Shown here in pieces: positions 1-10,928 of a stretch of DNA of 41,636 bases. Under the pieces are notes generated by a model. That model did no database searches. It saw nothing but the letters and a program-made list of their open reading frames with translations, and was not told the origin of the DNA. Each line of letters begins with the position of its first letter. The stretch's first letter is position 1. The stretch lies in the IMG/VR virus record IMGVR_UViG_2908567220_000009; one strand, given 5' to 3'. This DNA comes from a virus (taxonomy: Duplodnaviria > Heunggongvirae > Uroviricota > Caudoviricetes). Position numbers and translations under genes: made by a program.

Positions 1-1
1 A

Positions 2-1297
2 TTAATTTTTCATTGCTTCGTTATGGGGCATGGTTGGGGCAAACTCGCTTAACTGTGTATTTAACAAAGCTACCTGTGCATTATTGTTTTCAGACATCCA
101 TTTTCCGTATACCTGAAATACCATTTGCGCATCTGCATGGCCCATCTGGTTTGCTATAAATGCCGGGTTAGCACCAGCTGTCAGCGACCAGCAGGCATAA
201 GTATGTCTCGACTGATATGATTTTCGATGGCGGAGTCCGGCACGTTTTATCGCTGCGTCCCACATCTGCCTTATTGAGTCAACGGTAAAATGGTCACCAT
301 AATTTTTTACTCTCGCTGACACTTCAGGTTGAAAAACAAAGGTGCATTTATGTTTTTCTGTTCTGCCATACTCTCTGAGGTGAACATCAATGATATGCTC
401 TTTGCTCAGTCTCGTTAATGTCATCTGACTCCGGAGAGCGTCGATTGCTGGCTTAATAAGATGAATGACCCGATTGGTTCCCGCCTGTGTTTTTGGTACC
501 GTGAAACGGTCTTTTGCTAAATTTCTCCTGATCATCATTGTTCCATTTTTCAGATCTATGTCCTCCCATCCAAGTGCACACAGCTCACCAGGGCGAACGC
601 CAGTATAAACAGAAACACACCATAAATTTTTGGCTTGCTGATTTCTGCACGCATCGATAAGACGGATGAATTCCTCCCGCGAAAGAGGATCCGGAATGGT
701 TCTTGATTCCTTTAATGGCGAGATCCCCTTAAACGGGTTATCTGCCAGGTAACCGTTATCAACACCAAACTGGAACACGGCGTTAAGATTTGTCATGTAA
801 TTATTTACAGTTACAGCCGATCTCCCTGGTTGTGTAACAATATAGTTACTTTTGGGGATCTGGTATCCAGTCAGTAGCTCTTTACGAACCTCCAGTAATT
901 TTTCTTTATTAATCGATGAGGCAAGATTTTTTTCACCGATTATGCTCAGGATATTTTTGATGACGGCACGGTATGTGTTGAGTGATGTTTTTGCGACTTC
1001 AGTTTCTTTCAGTGCCAGAAATTTTTCAGCCAGTTCTTTTATGGTTAAATCTTGTCGAGTCTCACCAAATTTTTCCAGATTGCGTGAGGAGGGAAACTGT
1101 TTTGCATAGTCGAAAACACCAGTTTTTATTGCGTAACAAACAGAGGCGCGTAGCTCACCTGCAACGCGCCTGTTTTTTGCTGTGTCAGGAACCCCCAGGT
1201 TTTCCCTGACTCTTACGCCTTTATAAACAAACCAGATACGTAATTTCCCTCCATGGTTTTCCACGCCTGTCGGATATTTCATTTCAACTTCTCTCAT
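2..1297 (-). CDS. int: prophage integrase (tyrosine site-specific recombinase)
   Basis: 431-aa ORF at the prophage end, directly downstream of xis on the same strand. C-terminal region has the R...HxxR...Y arrangement typical of tyrosine recombinases (TGVRPGE, SRHTYA, VYGKWM). A second in-frame ATG at 1282 (MKYPTG...) may be the true start. Confidence 0.85.
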   Translation of the reverse strand: MREVEMKYPTGVENHGGKLRIWFVYKGVRVRENLGVPDTAKNRRVAGELRASVCYAIKTGVFDYAKQFPSSRNLEKFGETRQDLTIKELAEKFLALKETEVAKTSLNTYRAVIKNILSIIGEKNLASSINKEKLLEVRKELLTGYQIPKSNYIVTQPGRSAVTVNNYMTNLNAVFQFGVDNGYLADNPFKGISPLKESRTIPDPLSREEFIRLIDACRNQQAKNLWCVSVYTGVRPGELCALGWEDIDLKNGTMMIRRNLAKDRFTVPKTQAGTNRVIHLIKPAIDALRSQMTLTRLSKEHIIDVHLREYGRTEKHKCTFVFQPEVSARVKNYGDHFTVDSIRQMWDAAIKRAGLRHRKSYQSRHTYACWSLTAGANPAFIANQMGHADAQMVFQVYGKWMSENNNAQVALLNTQLSEFAPTMPHNEAMKN

Positions 1298-1316
1298 TAG
1301 TTAGTGTGGCTTTTAG

Positions 1317-1568
1317 TCAAGTAAGATGACGTCTTGGTCTTGCTGATGCCTGGCGCTCAATCCAGCGATCAATTTCTTCCAGGTTGTAAAAGCATGGACT
1401 GTTATCCCATGGCATACCGTCATGAGCGACATGCTTATATTCCCTTCCTTCCATAAACGATTTTTCCCGGGCCTTTTTTAACGTACCTTTTTTTATTCCT
1501 TTCAGCGCAATTAACTGCTCTTCGGATACCCATTTGCCGGGAGAGACAATCATGATTACTTCGCTCAT
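1317..1568 (-). CDS. xis: putative excisionase (prophage Xis-like small DNA-binding protein)
   Basis: 83-aa ORF immediately upstream of int on the same strand, 19-bp gap; small and basic. Assignment is by position and size, not by a recognised motif. Confidence 0.55.
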   Translation of the reverse strand: MSEVIMIVSPGKWVSEEQLIALKGIKKGTLKKAREKSFMEGREYKHVAHDGMPWDNSPCFYNLEEIDRWIERQASARPRRHLT

Positions 1569-1640
1569 CGATTTCTTTATCTCTTACATCAGACGAGCGC
1601 CGGTTGCAGAATACCAGTCACAACCGGCGACAGTTGAACA

Positions 1641-4049
1641 TTAAGAATCAGCCTGACTCGGGATCAGTTTTTGCCAGATAACTGAAACGTATTTTGCCTG
1701 GTAACGGGCGTCATCAAGTGCATTATGGCGCTCACCTTCGAATGGAATAGCCGTTCTGGCATCGAAGTCTATGGCTTTCCCCAGCTCAACGATTGTGCGT
1801 ACATCGCGATCGTTGTAGTAACGCCACGGGCAGGGTATCCCCTGCCGTTCGTATGAACGGCGCAAAATCGTGTTGTCGAAGTTGGCTCCATTTCCCCAAA
1901 CCTGAACAAAAAATTCACCGGAGTTTTCGTCGATAAATTCCCGCAATTGTAACAGTGCATCATCTAACGGGATTTCATCGGTCATAATGGCCGATTGCGC
2001 TTCGCGTGATTGCTTAAGCCACCATTTAATGGTGTCCCGATCAATGACTCCGCCAGCAGTTTCCAGATCGATAGTCTTACTAAATTCCGGTCCCATATCT
2101 CCGGTTTGCGGATCGAAAAATATTGCACCTATTGAGATGATCGGGGCATCAGGATTTTTTCCCATGGTTTCAAGGTCGATCATTAGATGGTCACACGTCC
2201 TGCTGGTGGATGTGATTTCGTGATGACCGTTCACCTTAATTGAGTGATCTGCCGTCTCGCCAGTTTCATTATCGCTATCGTGATGCTGATTGCCGCCAGC
2301 GTTCTCCTTGTGTGGATGTTCAGCGCCTTCCATTTCCTCCGGATCATCTTCCTGAACTTCAACCTGATACTCTTCATCGAATGTTTCCTGGTATGTTGCG
2401 TCGCCCATCACCGCGCCACAATCAGGGCAGTTGCCGCCGCCGGTCTGACCGCAGGCGGTGCAGACTTTTTCCACTTCCTGTTGCGCCACTGATTCAGGCT
2501 GTTTCGTTTCTGGCTCGTTTTGTAACGCATTTGGGCTGTTTTGTTCCGCTTTTTGGTAGTTCCGTTCCGATTCATGCTGGTTCTGGTTCACAGAATCGCG
2601 GGTCTGGATCCCCTTAACCCATTTCGGATCATTCGGGTCACTAATCCCTTCAACAAATTCACCACGTGATGCAGCAAGCAACTTATCGGCGTCAGGCTGG
2701 CTGATATTGGCTGCCTGCATAATTTTGTTTACTTCGTCAGCGGTAACTTTTATCGGCTCTGGTTGTTCTGAATCTTCAGCGGTATCTACATTTTGCGGTA
2801 AGCCCGTGTATGTGCCATTTTTTCGGGCAAAATATTCTTCTTTTGTGATTTCAGTGGCGCCAGCAGCCAGTGCCTTATCCAGACCAGAAAGTTTGTTTGC
2901 GCGACCGTATTTTTCTCCGTCCTTATCTGCGAAGAGGAAATAGAACGGCCCCTCACGCTCTACAGATGGTTCAGCTTCCGGTGCGGTTTCATTTTTTGGG
3001 ATATCAGATACCTCAGTTTCTACTGCATCAGTTTGTGTTTCTGATGACTGGAGAACATCAACAGTGCCCAGGTCTGTTTCTTCATTCTCAAACACGCCCT
3101 TTGTCGTCAGGTATTCGCAGATATATTTGTTCAGTGCTACGGGATCTTTGTGAATGTCGATCGGACGCTCACGGACAAGGCCAAAAATAGTTTGGCGGTC
3201 GTAGCGAAGGGCATCAGGCTGTTTGCGTATTGATGCCGAGATACGCTTCCAGTCTTCGCGGTCGTTGTCGATAACTTCATTTTTTGCCCAGCGATGGATG
3301 CTGCCGTCAATGTTTCCGGCATCCACATCACCAGGCCAGAGAGCGTAGGCCAGTTCGTCATCCAGTGTTTTCCATGTCTGCTTGTATTCGCGATGAATGG
3401 CAGCAATGACCGGGCTGATTTTTCCTGTTGAATTTTCAGTGTACTGTTGATTGGCTCTGGCGCGGGCGAGATCAACAACAGACGTGTATTTTCCGGTTTC
3501 CTTGCGTTCACCTTCGCGACGTTTTTTCCAGATGCGCATCTCTGCCTGAATTTCGGGCCATTTAGCACCAGGAATACATTTATGCTTAACCCACCCAATG
3601 GCGTGCAACTTAAGCTCCGGATACATGGCGTTAACTTCTGGCATTTTCATCAACGCTTCAACGATATGTCCGTTGAATGTTGCCATGTCTTCCTGCAACA
3701 ATTCCTGTGCGCTAATAACCATATCAACGGTGATGTTTTCACATGTGTCGAACTTAACCATGACAGCGTTCTGTACTTCAGGGGCCAGCTTGTCAAAAGT
3801 GACGTTCATCGGATCGGATTCAGTCTCAACCGGGACAAAAGAAGCAGACTCCTCATCCCAGCGGTTTTCCTGCATATATTCAGCATCCCATGAATCGAGG
3901 GCAGGGCGGGGTATACCAGGTTTATCCTCGCAGACAATAAATTTATAAGCGCAGTCCTGAGCAGCCGGATAATGTTCCAGGAATTGCCAGTGAAATTTTG
4001 CTCGAGCACGGCGTTCGTCGCCAGCTTCAATGGCTGTGGCTACAGCCAC
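1641..4049 (-). CDS. RecE-like (exonuclease VIII family) protein with C-terminal DEDDh (DnaQ-like) 3'-5' exonuclease domain; 5' end abuts IS1 and may be truncated
   Basis: 802-aa ORF. The middle segment (KLLAASRGEFVEGISDPNDPKWVKGIQTRDS...CTACGQTGGGNCPDCGAVMGDATYQETF) matches what I recall of Rac RecE. The C-terminus carries Exo I/II/III-like motifs (IDLETMG, VWGNGANFDNTIL, HNALDDARYQAKY). The annotated start is a GTG at 4047-4049 and the frame stays open across the IS1 boundary at 4066/4067. Confidence 0.7.
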   Translation of the reverse strand: MAVATAIEAGDERRARAKFHWQFLEHYPAAQDCAYKFIVCEDKPGIPRPALDSWDAEYMQENRWDEESASFVPVETESDPMNVTFDKLAPEVQNAVMVKFDTCENITVDMVISAQELLQEDMATFNGHIVEALMKMPEVNAMYPELKLHAIGWVKHKCIPGAKWPEIQAEMRIWKKRREGERKETGKYTSVVDLARARANQQYTENSTGKISPVIAAIHREYKQTWKTLDDELAYALWPGDVDAGNIDGSIHRWAKNEVIDNDREDWKRISASIRKQPDALRYDRQTIFGLVRERPIDIHKDPVALNKYICEYLTTKGVFENEETDLGTVDVLQSSETQTDAVETEVSDIPKNETAPEAEPSVEREGPFYFLFADKDGEKYGRANKLSGLDKALAAGATEITKEEYFARKNGTYTGLPQNVDTAEDSEQPEPIKVTADEVNKIMQAANISQPDADKLLAASRGEFVEGISDPNDPKWVKGIQTRDSVNQNQHESERNYQKAEQNSPNALQNEPETKQPESVAQQEVEKVCTACGQTGGGNCPDCGAVMGDATYQETFDEEYQVEVQEDDPEEMEGAEHPHKENAGGNQHHDSDNETGETADHSIKVNGHHEITSTSRTCDHLMIDLETMGKNPDAPIISIGAIFFDPQTGDMGPEFSKTIDLETAGGVIDRDTIKWWLKQSREAQSAIMTDEIPLDDALLQLREFIDENSGEFFVQVWGNGANFDNTILRRSYERQGIPCPWRYYNDRDVRTIVELGKAIDFDARTAIPFEGERHNALDDARYQAKYVSVIWQKLIPSQADS

Positions 4050-4121
4050 AGCGCCTTCTTCCCTTGGGTGATGCTGCCAACTTACTGATTTAGTGTATGA
4101 TGGTGTTTTTGAGGTGCTCCA

Positions 4122-4397
4122 GTGGCTTCTGTTTCTATCAGCTGTCCCTCCTGTTCAGCTACTGACGGGGTGGTGCGTAACGGCAAAAGCACCGCCGGAC
4201 ATCAGCGCTATCTCTGCTCTCACTGCCGTAAAACATGGCAACTGCAGTTCACTTACACCGCTTCTCAACCCGGTACGCACCAGAAAATCATTGATATGGC
4301 CATGAATGGCGTTGGATGCCGGGCAACTGCCCGCATTATGGGCGTTGGCCTCAACACGATTTTACGTCACTTAAAAAACTCAGGCCGCAGCCGGTAA
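4122..4397 (+). CDS. insA: IS1 InsA (transposition inhibitor / N-terminal part of InsAB')
   Basis: 91-aa [25 protein letters not shown]... with GTG start; the A6C frameshift motif TTAAAAAAC lies near 4371-4379. Confidence 0.95.
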
Positions 4398-4819
4398 CCT
4401 CGCGCATACAGCCGGGCAGTGACGTCATCGTCTGCGCGGAAATGGACGAACAGTGGGGCTATGTCGGGGCTAAATCGCGCCAGCGCTGGCTGTTTTACGC
4501 GTATGACAGTCTCCGGAAGACGGTTGTTGCGCACGTATTCGGTGAACGCACTATGGCGACGCTGGGGCGTCTTATGAGCCTGCTGTCACCCTTTGACGTG
4601 GTGATATGGATGACGGATGGCTGGCCGCTGTATGAATCCCGCCTGAAGGGAAAGCTGCACGTAATCAGCAAGCGATATACGCAGCGAATTGAGCGGCATA
4701 ACCTGAATCTGAGGCAGCACCTGGCACGGCTGGGACGGAAGTCGCTGTCGTTCTCAAAATCGGTGGAGCTGCATGACAAAGTCATCGGGCATTATCTGAA
4801 CATAAAACACTATCAATAA
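4316..4819 (+). CDS. insB: IS1 InsB frame (expressed as InsAB' transposase by programmed -1 frameshift)
   Basis: 167-aa ORF in the -1 frame relative to insA, C-terminus ...[15 protein letters not shown]. Confidence 0.9.
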
Positions 4820-4958
4820 GTTGGAGTCATTACCCTAAAGCAGTTCTCATTTCAGGTGTTATTCACTTATTCCTTCTTTGAGTCTCTCCAATTAAGTACG
4901 AAGTCGTTTCTGTTATGCAAACCATTTATTCCGAAAGGCTCAAGTTAAGGAATGTAGA

Positions 4959-5174
4959 ATGTCAAATAAAATGACTGGTTTAGTAAAATGGTTTAACGCT
5001 GATAAAGGTTTCGGCTTTATTTCTCCTGTTGATGGTAGTAAAGATGTGTTTGTGCATTTTTCTGCGATTCAGAATGATAATTATCGAACCTTATTTGAAG
5101 GTCAAAAGGTTACCTTCTCTATAGAGAGTGGTGCTAAAGGTCCTGCAGCAGCAAATGTCATCATTACTGATTAA
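4959..5174 (+). CDS. cspB: cold-shock protein, CspA family (CspB-like, 71 aa)
   Basis: [38 protein letters not shown]... carries the RNP1/RNP2 cold-shock-domain motifs. Position next to the holin matches the Qin order cspB-essQ. The symbol is from memory of K-12 paralogs. Confidence 0.85.
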   Translation: MSNKMTGLVKWFNADKGFGFISPVDGSKDVFVHFSAIQNDNYRTLFEGQKVTFSIESGAKGPAAANVIITD

Positions 5175-5458
5175 AATTCATCGCTCGTCTGTATACGATA
5201 ACGAAGAAGGCTGATGCCTGAGTAGAGATACGGACAGAGTAGTGAATATTGGATCTCTTTAATAAAAAGTAAGGAGGTCCAATACATGAAACAATGGCCA
5301 GCATATTTGGCAAAATCTTAATCAGGAAAAGTATGCTAACCATTGTGGTGAAGTGCAGGTTTGCTGCATGAATAGTTTCACAGCAGAAGCTAACTGCTGG
5401 CATCGCAAAACAAAGTGCGTAAGTGGATGACTCCCACAAAAAGCACCACAATCTCAAA

Positions 5459-5478
5459 CCCGCTCAGGCGGGTTTTTT
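5459..5478 (+). terminator. rho-independent terminator-like hairpin
   Basis: CCCGC-TCAG-GCGGG stem-loop followed by TTTTTT, about 285 bp downstream of cspB. Confidence 0.5.
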
Positions 5479-5537
5479 ATTATCTGCTTTAAATATATTA
5501 TTAAAATATAAAAAATACTTGTTACTAATAAAATCAA

Positions 5538-5708
5538 TCAGGCTACAGCTTTAAGATTTGTCTGGAATACTTTGTTGCAATGAGGGCAGATCAAAAGGGC
5601 ACCTTTTTGTACTCTTGAAAAACTGTGTTCTGACTCTTGGGTGCAGTTTGGGCAGGAACATTTAACGAGATAATTACGGCGTGATTTTGAGTCTTTACGT
5701 TCTGACAT
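5538..5708 (-). CDS. ynfU: small zinc-ribbon protein (YnfU-like)
   Basis: 56 aa from MSERK with two CxxC pairs (CSCPNC...CPHC). The annotated ORF extends to 5759 by an alternative start. The symbol is tentative. Confidence 0.55.
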   Translation of the reverse strand: MSERKDSKSRRNYLVKCSCPNCTQESEHSFSRVQKGALLICPHCNKVFQTNLKAVA

Positions 5709-5927
5709 AGGCTTTTCCTGTATAAATGGCCGTATACAGTACACTAAATATGAAAACATTTCTCGTATTATTATTTTATATATGACTTTCTTTCAAAATA
5801 ATTACCCACATTTTTAATGTGTATGTTTTTTTAGCGCCGTTGAGAACAACGTGTGCTGTCAAAACTACCCCGTAGACTCCGATCTTTTCAAACATATTGC
5901 ACCATCCGTGTACATCGGGGTGAGGAT

Positions 5928-6143
5928 ATGAAATCAATGGATAAGTTAACAACAGGTGTTGCCTATGGCACATCGGCGGGTAATGCTGGTTTCTGGGCAT
6001 TGCAGTTACTCGATAAAGTAACTCCGTCACAGTGGGCTGCAATCGGTGTGCTGGGTAGCCTGGTTTTTGGCCTGCTGACGTATCTGACAAATCTTTATTT
6101 CAAGATTAAAGAAGACAGGCGTAAGGCTGCGAGAGGAGAGTAA
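5928..6143 (+). CDS. essQ: pinholin (phage 21 S21-type class II holin) with dual-start motif
   Basis: [71 protein letters not shown]: two TMDs and a charged C-terminus. Met1 and Met4 give the 71/68-aa antiholin/holin pair as I recall for S21. GAGGAT RBS upstream of 5928. Confidence 0.85.
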   Translation: MKSMDKLTTGVAYGTSAGNAGFWALQLLDKVTPSQWAAIGVLGSLVFGLLTYLTNLYFKIKEDRRKAARGE

Positions 6144-6147
6144 TCCA

Positions 6148-6455
6148 ATGACTCAAGACTATGAACTGGTTGTGAAAGGAGTCCGTAATTTTGAGAATAA
6201 AGTTACGGTAACTGTAGCCTTACAGGACAAAGAACGCTTTGACGGTGAAATTTTTGGCCTGGATGTCGCCATGGACCGTGTTGAAGGAGCTGCGCTGGAG
6301 TTTTATGAGGCAGCAGCCAGAATGAGCGTCCGGCAAGTCTTCCTGGAAGTAGCAGAAAAATTGTCAGAAAAAGTTGAGTCTTATCTGCAGCATCAGTACT
6401 CCTTTAAGATTGAAAATCCTGCCAATAAGCACGAGCGTCCTCATCATAAATATCT

Positions 6456-6459
<4 letters not shown>
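6148..6459 (+). CDS. ydfR: Qin-type prophage protein of unknown function (YdfR-like)
   Basis: 103-aa ORF between holin and endolysin with a good RBS (GAGAGGAG); its stop overlaps the endolysin start (ATGA). Confidence 0.65.
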
Positions 6460-7483
<1,024 letters not shown>

Positions 7484-7846
7484 ATTAATATTAAATCGGA
7501 TTATTTTTAGCGCTGAATGTGAAATTTAAATAAAAAGGACTCTTCCATGAGTCAAAATCCTTGAAATCTTAAGGGTAAGATAAAAGGTCATTAGACAGAA
7601 TGACACGTTTTATTAATAAATAAAGCTATTGTTTCATTCGTGTGTTTTTCTTTACAAAAGTAATCCTTGCTATGGTTGGTTAATCATGCGTTAATGGTGT
7701 TCTGGTTTGTTACAAAATTATCTGAAGCAGTCATTGTTATAATTTTATTATTTGTACCTCTTGAGATTTCCTTGTTGGTTTTTCTCTCTGATATTTTTTT
7801 TCGGACCATTCTGCCCAAGGGCTAACTTCTTCAAAAGGTAATAATG

Positions 7847-8059
7847 ATGTCTAACAAAATGACTGGTTTAGTGAAATGGTTTAACCCTGAAAAAGGTTTT
7901 GGTTTCATCACGCCGAAAGATGGTAGCAAAGATGTGTTTGTGCATTTCTCAGCTATTCAGAGCAACGATTTCAAAACGTTAACTGAGAATCAGGAAGTCG
8001 AATTTGGTATTGAGAACGGACCTAAAGGCCCTGCAGCTGTTCATGTAGTGGCACTTTGA
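7847..8059 (+). CDS. cspI: cold-shock protein, CspA family (CspI-like, 70 aa)
   Basis: [45 protein letters not shown]...; long AT-rich 5' leader (7484-7846) as in cspA-family genes; position after Rz as in Qin. Confidence 0.85.
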   Translation: MSNKMTGLVKWFNPEKGFGFITPKDGSKDVFVHFSAIQSNDFKTLTENQEVEFGIENGPKGPAAVHVVAL

Positions 8060-8266
8060 GGTAGAAAATATTACAAACCATATTCACTTTAGATGCCCGT
8101 GTTGCCATGGTTCTCAGTATAGAACATCATCTTTTGATGTTTCTGACAGAAATCCTTTCGGGGCAAAATGTATCTTTTGTAAATCAATGATGATTACATT
8201 TGATAATATTTCACAATACTTAAATGTTAGCCATCTGTCGTTAGATTTAAGAAAGTGAAAATGAAG

Positions 8267-8286
8267 GCTCCTTCGGGAGCTTTTTT
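8267..8286 (+). terminator. rho-independent terminator
   Basis: GCTCC-TTCG-GGAGC hairpin followed by TTTTTT, downstream of cspI. Confidence 0.6.
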
Positions 8287-8330
8287 GCTTAGTGTCTAGT
8301 CGATGGATACTCACATATTACGGTAACATT

Positions 8331-8561
8331 ATGAAAAAAATAATAGTTTTTTTTAACTCTGAACCAGCAATGGTAGTGCCAGTGATGACCGGAGTTAACA
8401 CCATCATGCGTGAATATCCAAATGGCGAAACAACACACCTCACTGTAATGGCTGCAGGGTTTCCATCTCTGACCGGAGATCATAAAGTCATTTATGTAGC
8501 AGCGGATCGACATGTAACTTCAGAAGAAATTCTGGAAGCAGCAATGAGACTCTTGAATTGA
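8331..8561 (+). CDS. ynfN: small Qin-type protein (YnfN-like)
   Basis: 76 aa from MKKIIVFFNSEPAMVV...; located between cspI and gnsB as in K-12 Qin. Start and symbol uncertain. Confidence 0.45.
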   Translation: MKKIIVFFNSEPAMVVPVMTGVNTIMREYPNGETTHLTVMAAGFPSLTGDHKVIYVAADRHVTSEEILEAAMRLLN

Positions 8562-8733
8562 TTTGATTCTAATGCATTGATAATAAATGATAATCATCTT
8601 TATCTGTTTGTGTGAAATTTAGACCGTCGTATGTTGATTATTGCGATGTTTCATCTTATCTTTTATACGTTTGCTCCATATAATTGACACTACTGTGTAC
8701 CAGGACAGTCATAACAGACTAAAAGAGGAAATG

Positions 8734-8907
8734 ATGAACATTGAAGAGTTAAAAACAAAAACAGAAGCAGATATTTCTGAATATATAACAAAAAAAATCA
8801 TTGAGCTTAAGAAAAAGACCGGGAAAGAAGTTACCAGTATCCAGTTTACTGCACGGGAAAAAATGACTGGTCTTGAAAGCTATGATATCAAGATTGATTT
8901 AATCTAG
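8734..8907 (+). CDS. gnsB: GnsA/GnsB family protein
   Basis: 57 aa MNIEELKTKTEADISEYITKKIIELKKKTGKEVTSIQFTAREKMTGLESYDIKIDLI, closely resembling what I recall of GnsA/GnsB. Confidence 0.8.
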   Translation: MNIEELKTKTEADISEYITKKIIELKKKTGKEVTSIQFTAREKMTGLESYDIKIDLI

Positions 8908-9202
8908 CATGTTTATAGTATTAGCATCAATTTCTCATCAGATGCTATTCAACAATACAAATTACCCATAAACCTCGTTTTTACGGGGTTTTGTTATATT
9001 TAAACATTACCGAATAGATATAAATCTCGATTGTCGATGGTATTGGTTGTGTGACAATACCTAGTCTTTCCGGTATGCCTGAAGAGAATACAAACGACAG
9101 ATTATGTAAGGGAAACGCGCTGAAACTTTCACTCTTTCATGCTGAGTGATTTGACGTTATATTTTTAGCCGCAAGTGAAGAGCAAACGAATGGAGCGACA
9201 AA

Positions 9203-9409
9203 ATGCATAAAGATCAATACACTGATGCCCCCTCCCAGGAGCAGGTTCGTGTAAAAACTATGCTTAATAGCACCATTTCGATGGGTTACCCGGATGTTGT
9301 AATTGCATGTATAGAACATCAAGTATCTCTGGAAGCATTCAGGGCAATTGAGGCCGCGTTAGTAAAGCACGATAAGAATACGAAGGATTATTCCCTGGTG
9401 GTTGACTGA
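9203..9409 (+). CDS. hypothetical Qin-type protein (YdfO-like?)
   Basis: 68-aa ORF with RBS (GGAG) upstream of the ATG; last ORF before the IS2 insertion. Identity not established. Confidence 0.4.
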   Translation: MHKDQYTDAPSQEQVRVKTMLNSTISMGYPDVVIACIEHQVSLEAFRAIEAALVKHDKNTKDYSLVVD

Positions 9410-9495
9410 TCACCATAACTGCTAACCATTCTGACCATTTCACAAGTGACAGAGTCAATATCGTATTCTGTCACTGTAAGGCTAATACAGTACTG

Positions 9496-9500
9496 CAATT
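9496..9500. repeat. 5-bp target-site duplication (CAATT) of IS2, left copy
   Basis: CAATT immediately outside the IS2 end at 9501; identical 5-mer at 13544-13548. Confidence 0.8.
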
Positions 9501-9511
9501 TGGATTTGCCC

Positions 9512-9826
9512 CTATATTTCCAGACATCTGTTATCACTTAACCCATTACAAGCCCGCTGCCGCAGATATTCCCGTGGCGAGCGATAACCCAGCGCACTAT
9601 GCGGATGCCATTCGTTATAATGCTCGAACGCCTCTGCAAGGTTCTTTGCTGCCGTTAACCCGTCTGGTTTGGGCATGATACTGATGTAGTCACGCTTTAT
9701 CGTTTTCACGAAGCTCTCTGCTATTCCGTTACTCTCCGGACTCCGCACCGCCGTGTTCTTCGGTTCAAGTCCCAACATCCGGGCGAACTGGCGTGTTTCA
9801 TTAGCCCGGTAGCATGAACCATTATC
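9512..9826 (-). pseudogene. insD: IS2 insD, C-terminal fragment (split by IS66-family insertion)
   Basis: Encodes ...[34 protein letters not shown]...[29 protein letters not shown], continuous with the N-terminal fragment at 12527-13129 once the insertion and one TSD copy are removed. Confidence 0.9.
9819..9826. repeat. 8-bp target-site duplication (CCATTATC) of the IS66-family element, left copy
   Basis: CCATTATC directly flanks both ends of the inserted element (9819-9826 and 12531-12538). Confidence 0.8.
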
Positions 9827-9911
9827 GTAACCGTCTCATTTAAACCGTCTTTCGCCTCCCTTTCCTGTTTCCGATACTAATGTCCATTTTCGCAGTAAAG
9901 GGACATTTAAG

Positions 9912-10562
9912 ATGAATGCACGAAAAGCGGTACTGGCAGACAATCCGGAATTGATCCTGCGTGTGCTACAGCTGAGATTTGACGAGTCACTGTCGTACCC
10001 GCGCATTTCTGCGCAGACCGGTGTCAGCAAAACCGCCATTTTTTCTCTGGTGAGGCGATTTCACCAGGTATTCACTGACTGGCCTCTTTCCGGTGAATAT
10101 TCCTGCGGGCAACTGGCCCGGGCTCTTTTCCCGGGGCGATACCCTTCAGCCCCGACCGTGACTCAGCCTGTGAAAGCAGAGAAACCCCGCCGGAACCGAT
10201 TTTCACCGGAGTTTAAATGGAGACTGGTTCAGCAAACTCTTTTACCCGGTGCCTGTGTCGCACAAATAGCTCGAGAGAATGGAATTAACGATAACCTGCT
10301 CTTTAACTGGCGGCATCTCTGGCGTAACGGTGGCCTGCAACCGCCCGGCGAACATGAAACATCGCTACTTCCCGTGACGTTAACTCCGGAGCCGGATAAT
10401 AAAATCCCGGCACCAGTGCAGATACCTGAACAGATAAATACACTGCCAGACAGTCTGTGCTGCGAGCTGGTTCTGCCGGCCGGAACTCTCAGGCTGAAAG
10501 GTGAACTGACACCGGCGTTATTACAGACACTTATCCGCGAAATGAAAGGGAGCAGCCACTGA
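9912..10562 (+). CDS. IS66-family accessory protein (orfA/TnpA)
   Basis: 216-aa ORF, first of three co-oriented ORFs inside the element; its stop overlaps the orfB start (ATGA). Confidence 0.75.
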   Translation: MNARKAVLADNPELILRVLQLRFDESLSYPRISAQTGVSKTAIFSLVRRFHQVFTDWPLSGEYSCGQLARALFPGRYPSAPTVTQPVKAEKPRRNRFSPEFKWRLVQQTLLPGACVAQIARENGINDNLLFNWRHLWRNGGLQPPGEHETSLLPVTLTPEPDNKIPAPVQIPEQINTLPDSLCCELVLPAGTLRLKGELTPALLQTLIREMKGSSH

Positions 10563-10909
10563 TGATATCTCTCCCTGCCGGTTCGCGTATCTGGCTGGTT
10601 GCCGGTATCACCGATATGCGAAATGGCTTTAACGGCCTGGCCTCAAAAGTTCAGAACGTCCTGAAGGATGACCCGTTCTCCGGGCATCTGTTCATCTTCC
10701 GCGGACGCCGGGGTGACCAGATAAAAGTGCTGTGGGCTGACAGTGACGGACTGTGCCTCTTCACCAAACGCCTGGAGCGGGGCCGCTTCGTCTGGCCGGT
10801 CACCCGCGATGGAAAGGTTCACCTTACTCCGGCTCAGTTGTCCATGCTTCTCGAAGGCATCGACTGGAAGCACCCGAAACGAACGGAACGCGCTGGCATC
10901 CGCATATAA
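10562..10909 (+). CDS. IS66-family Orf2 (TnpB-like)
   Basis: 115 aa MISLPAGSRIWLVAGITDMRNGFNGLASKV...; size and the conserved N-terminal motif fit IS66 Orf2. Confidence 0.85.
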   Translation: MISLPAGSRIWLVAGITDMRNGFNGLASKVQNVLKDDPFSGHLFIFRGRRGDQIKVLWADSDGLCLFTKRLERGRFVWPVTRDGKVHLTPAQLSMLLEGIDWKHPKRTERAGIRI

Positions 10910-10928
10910 CCCGTTGTAAAGTGAGGAT

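Larger units (their letters stand above)
4067..4834 (+). mobile_element. IS1 (complete, 768 bp), copy A
   Basis: Begins GGTGATGCTGCCAACTTACTGAT and ends GTTGGAGTCATTACC, matching the IS1 termini; contains insA and the insB frame. Flanking 9-mers differ (CTTCCCTTG vs CTAAAGCAG), so there is no target-site duplication. Confidence 0.95.

Noticed and set aside
5760-5927. Late promoter pR'/qut upstream of the holin
   Set aside because: It is expected by position, but I could not identify a convincing -35/-10 pair or qut element by eye, so it is not reported as a feature.
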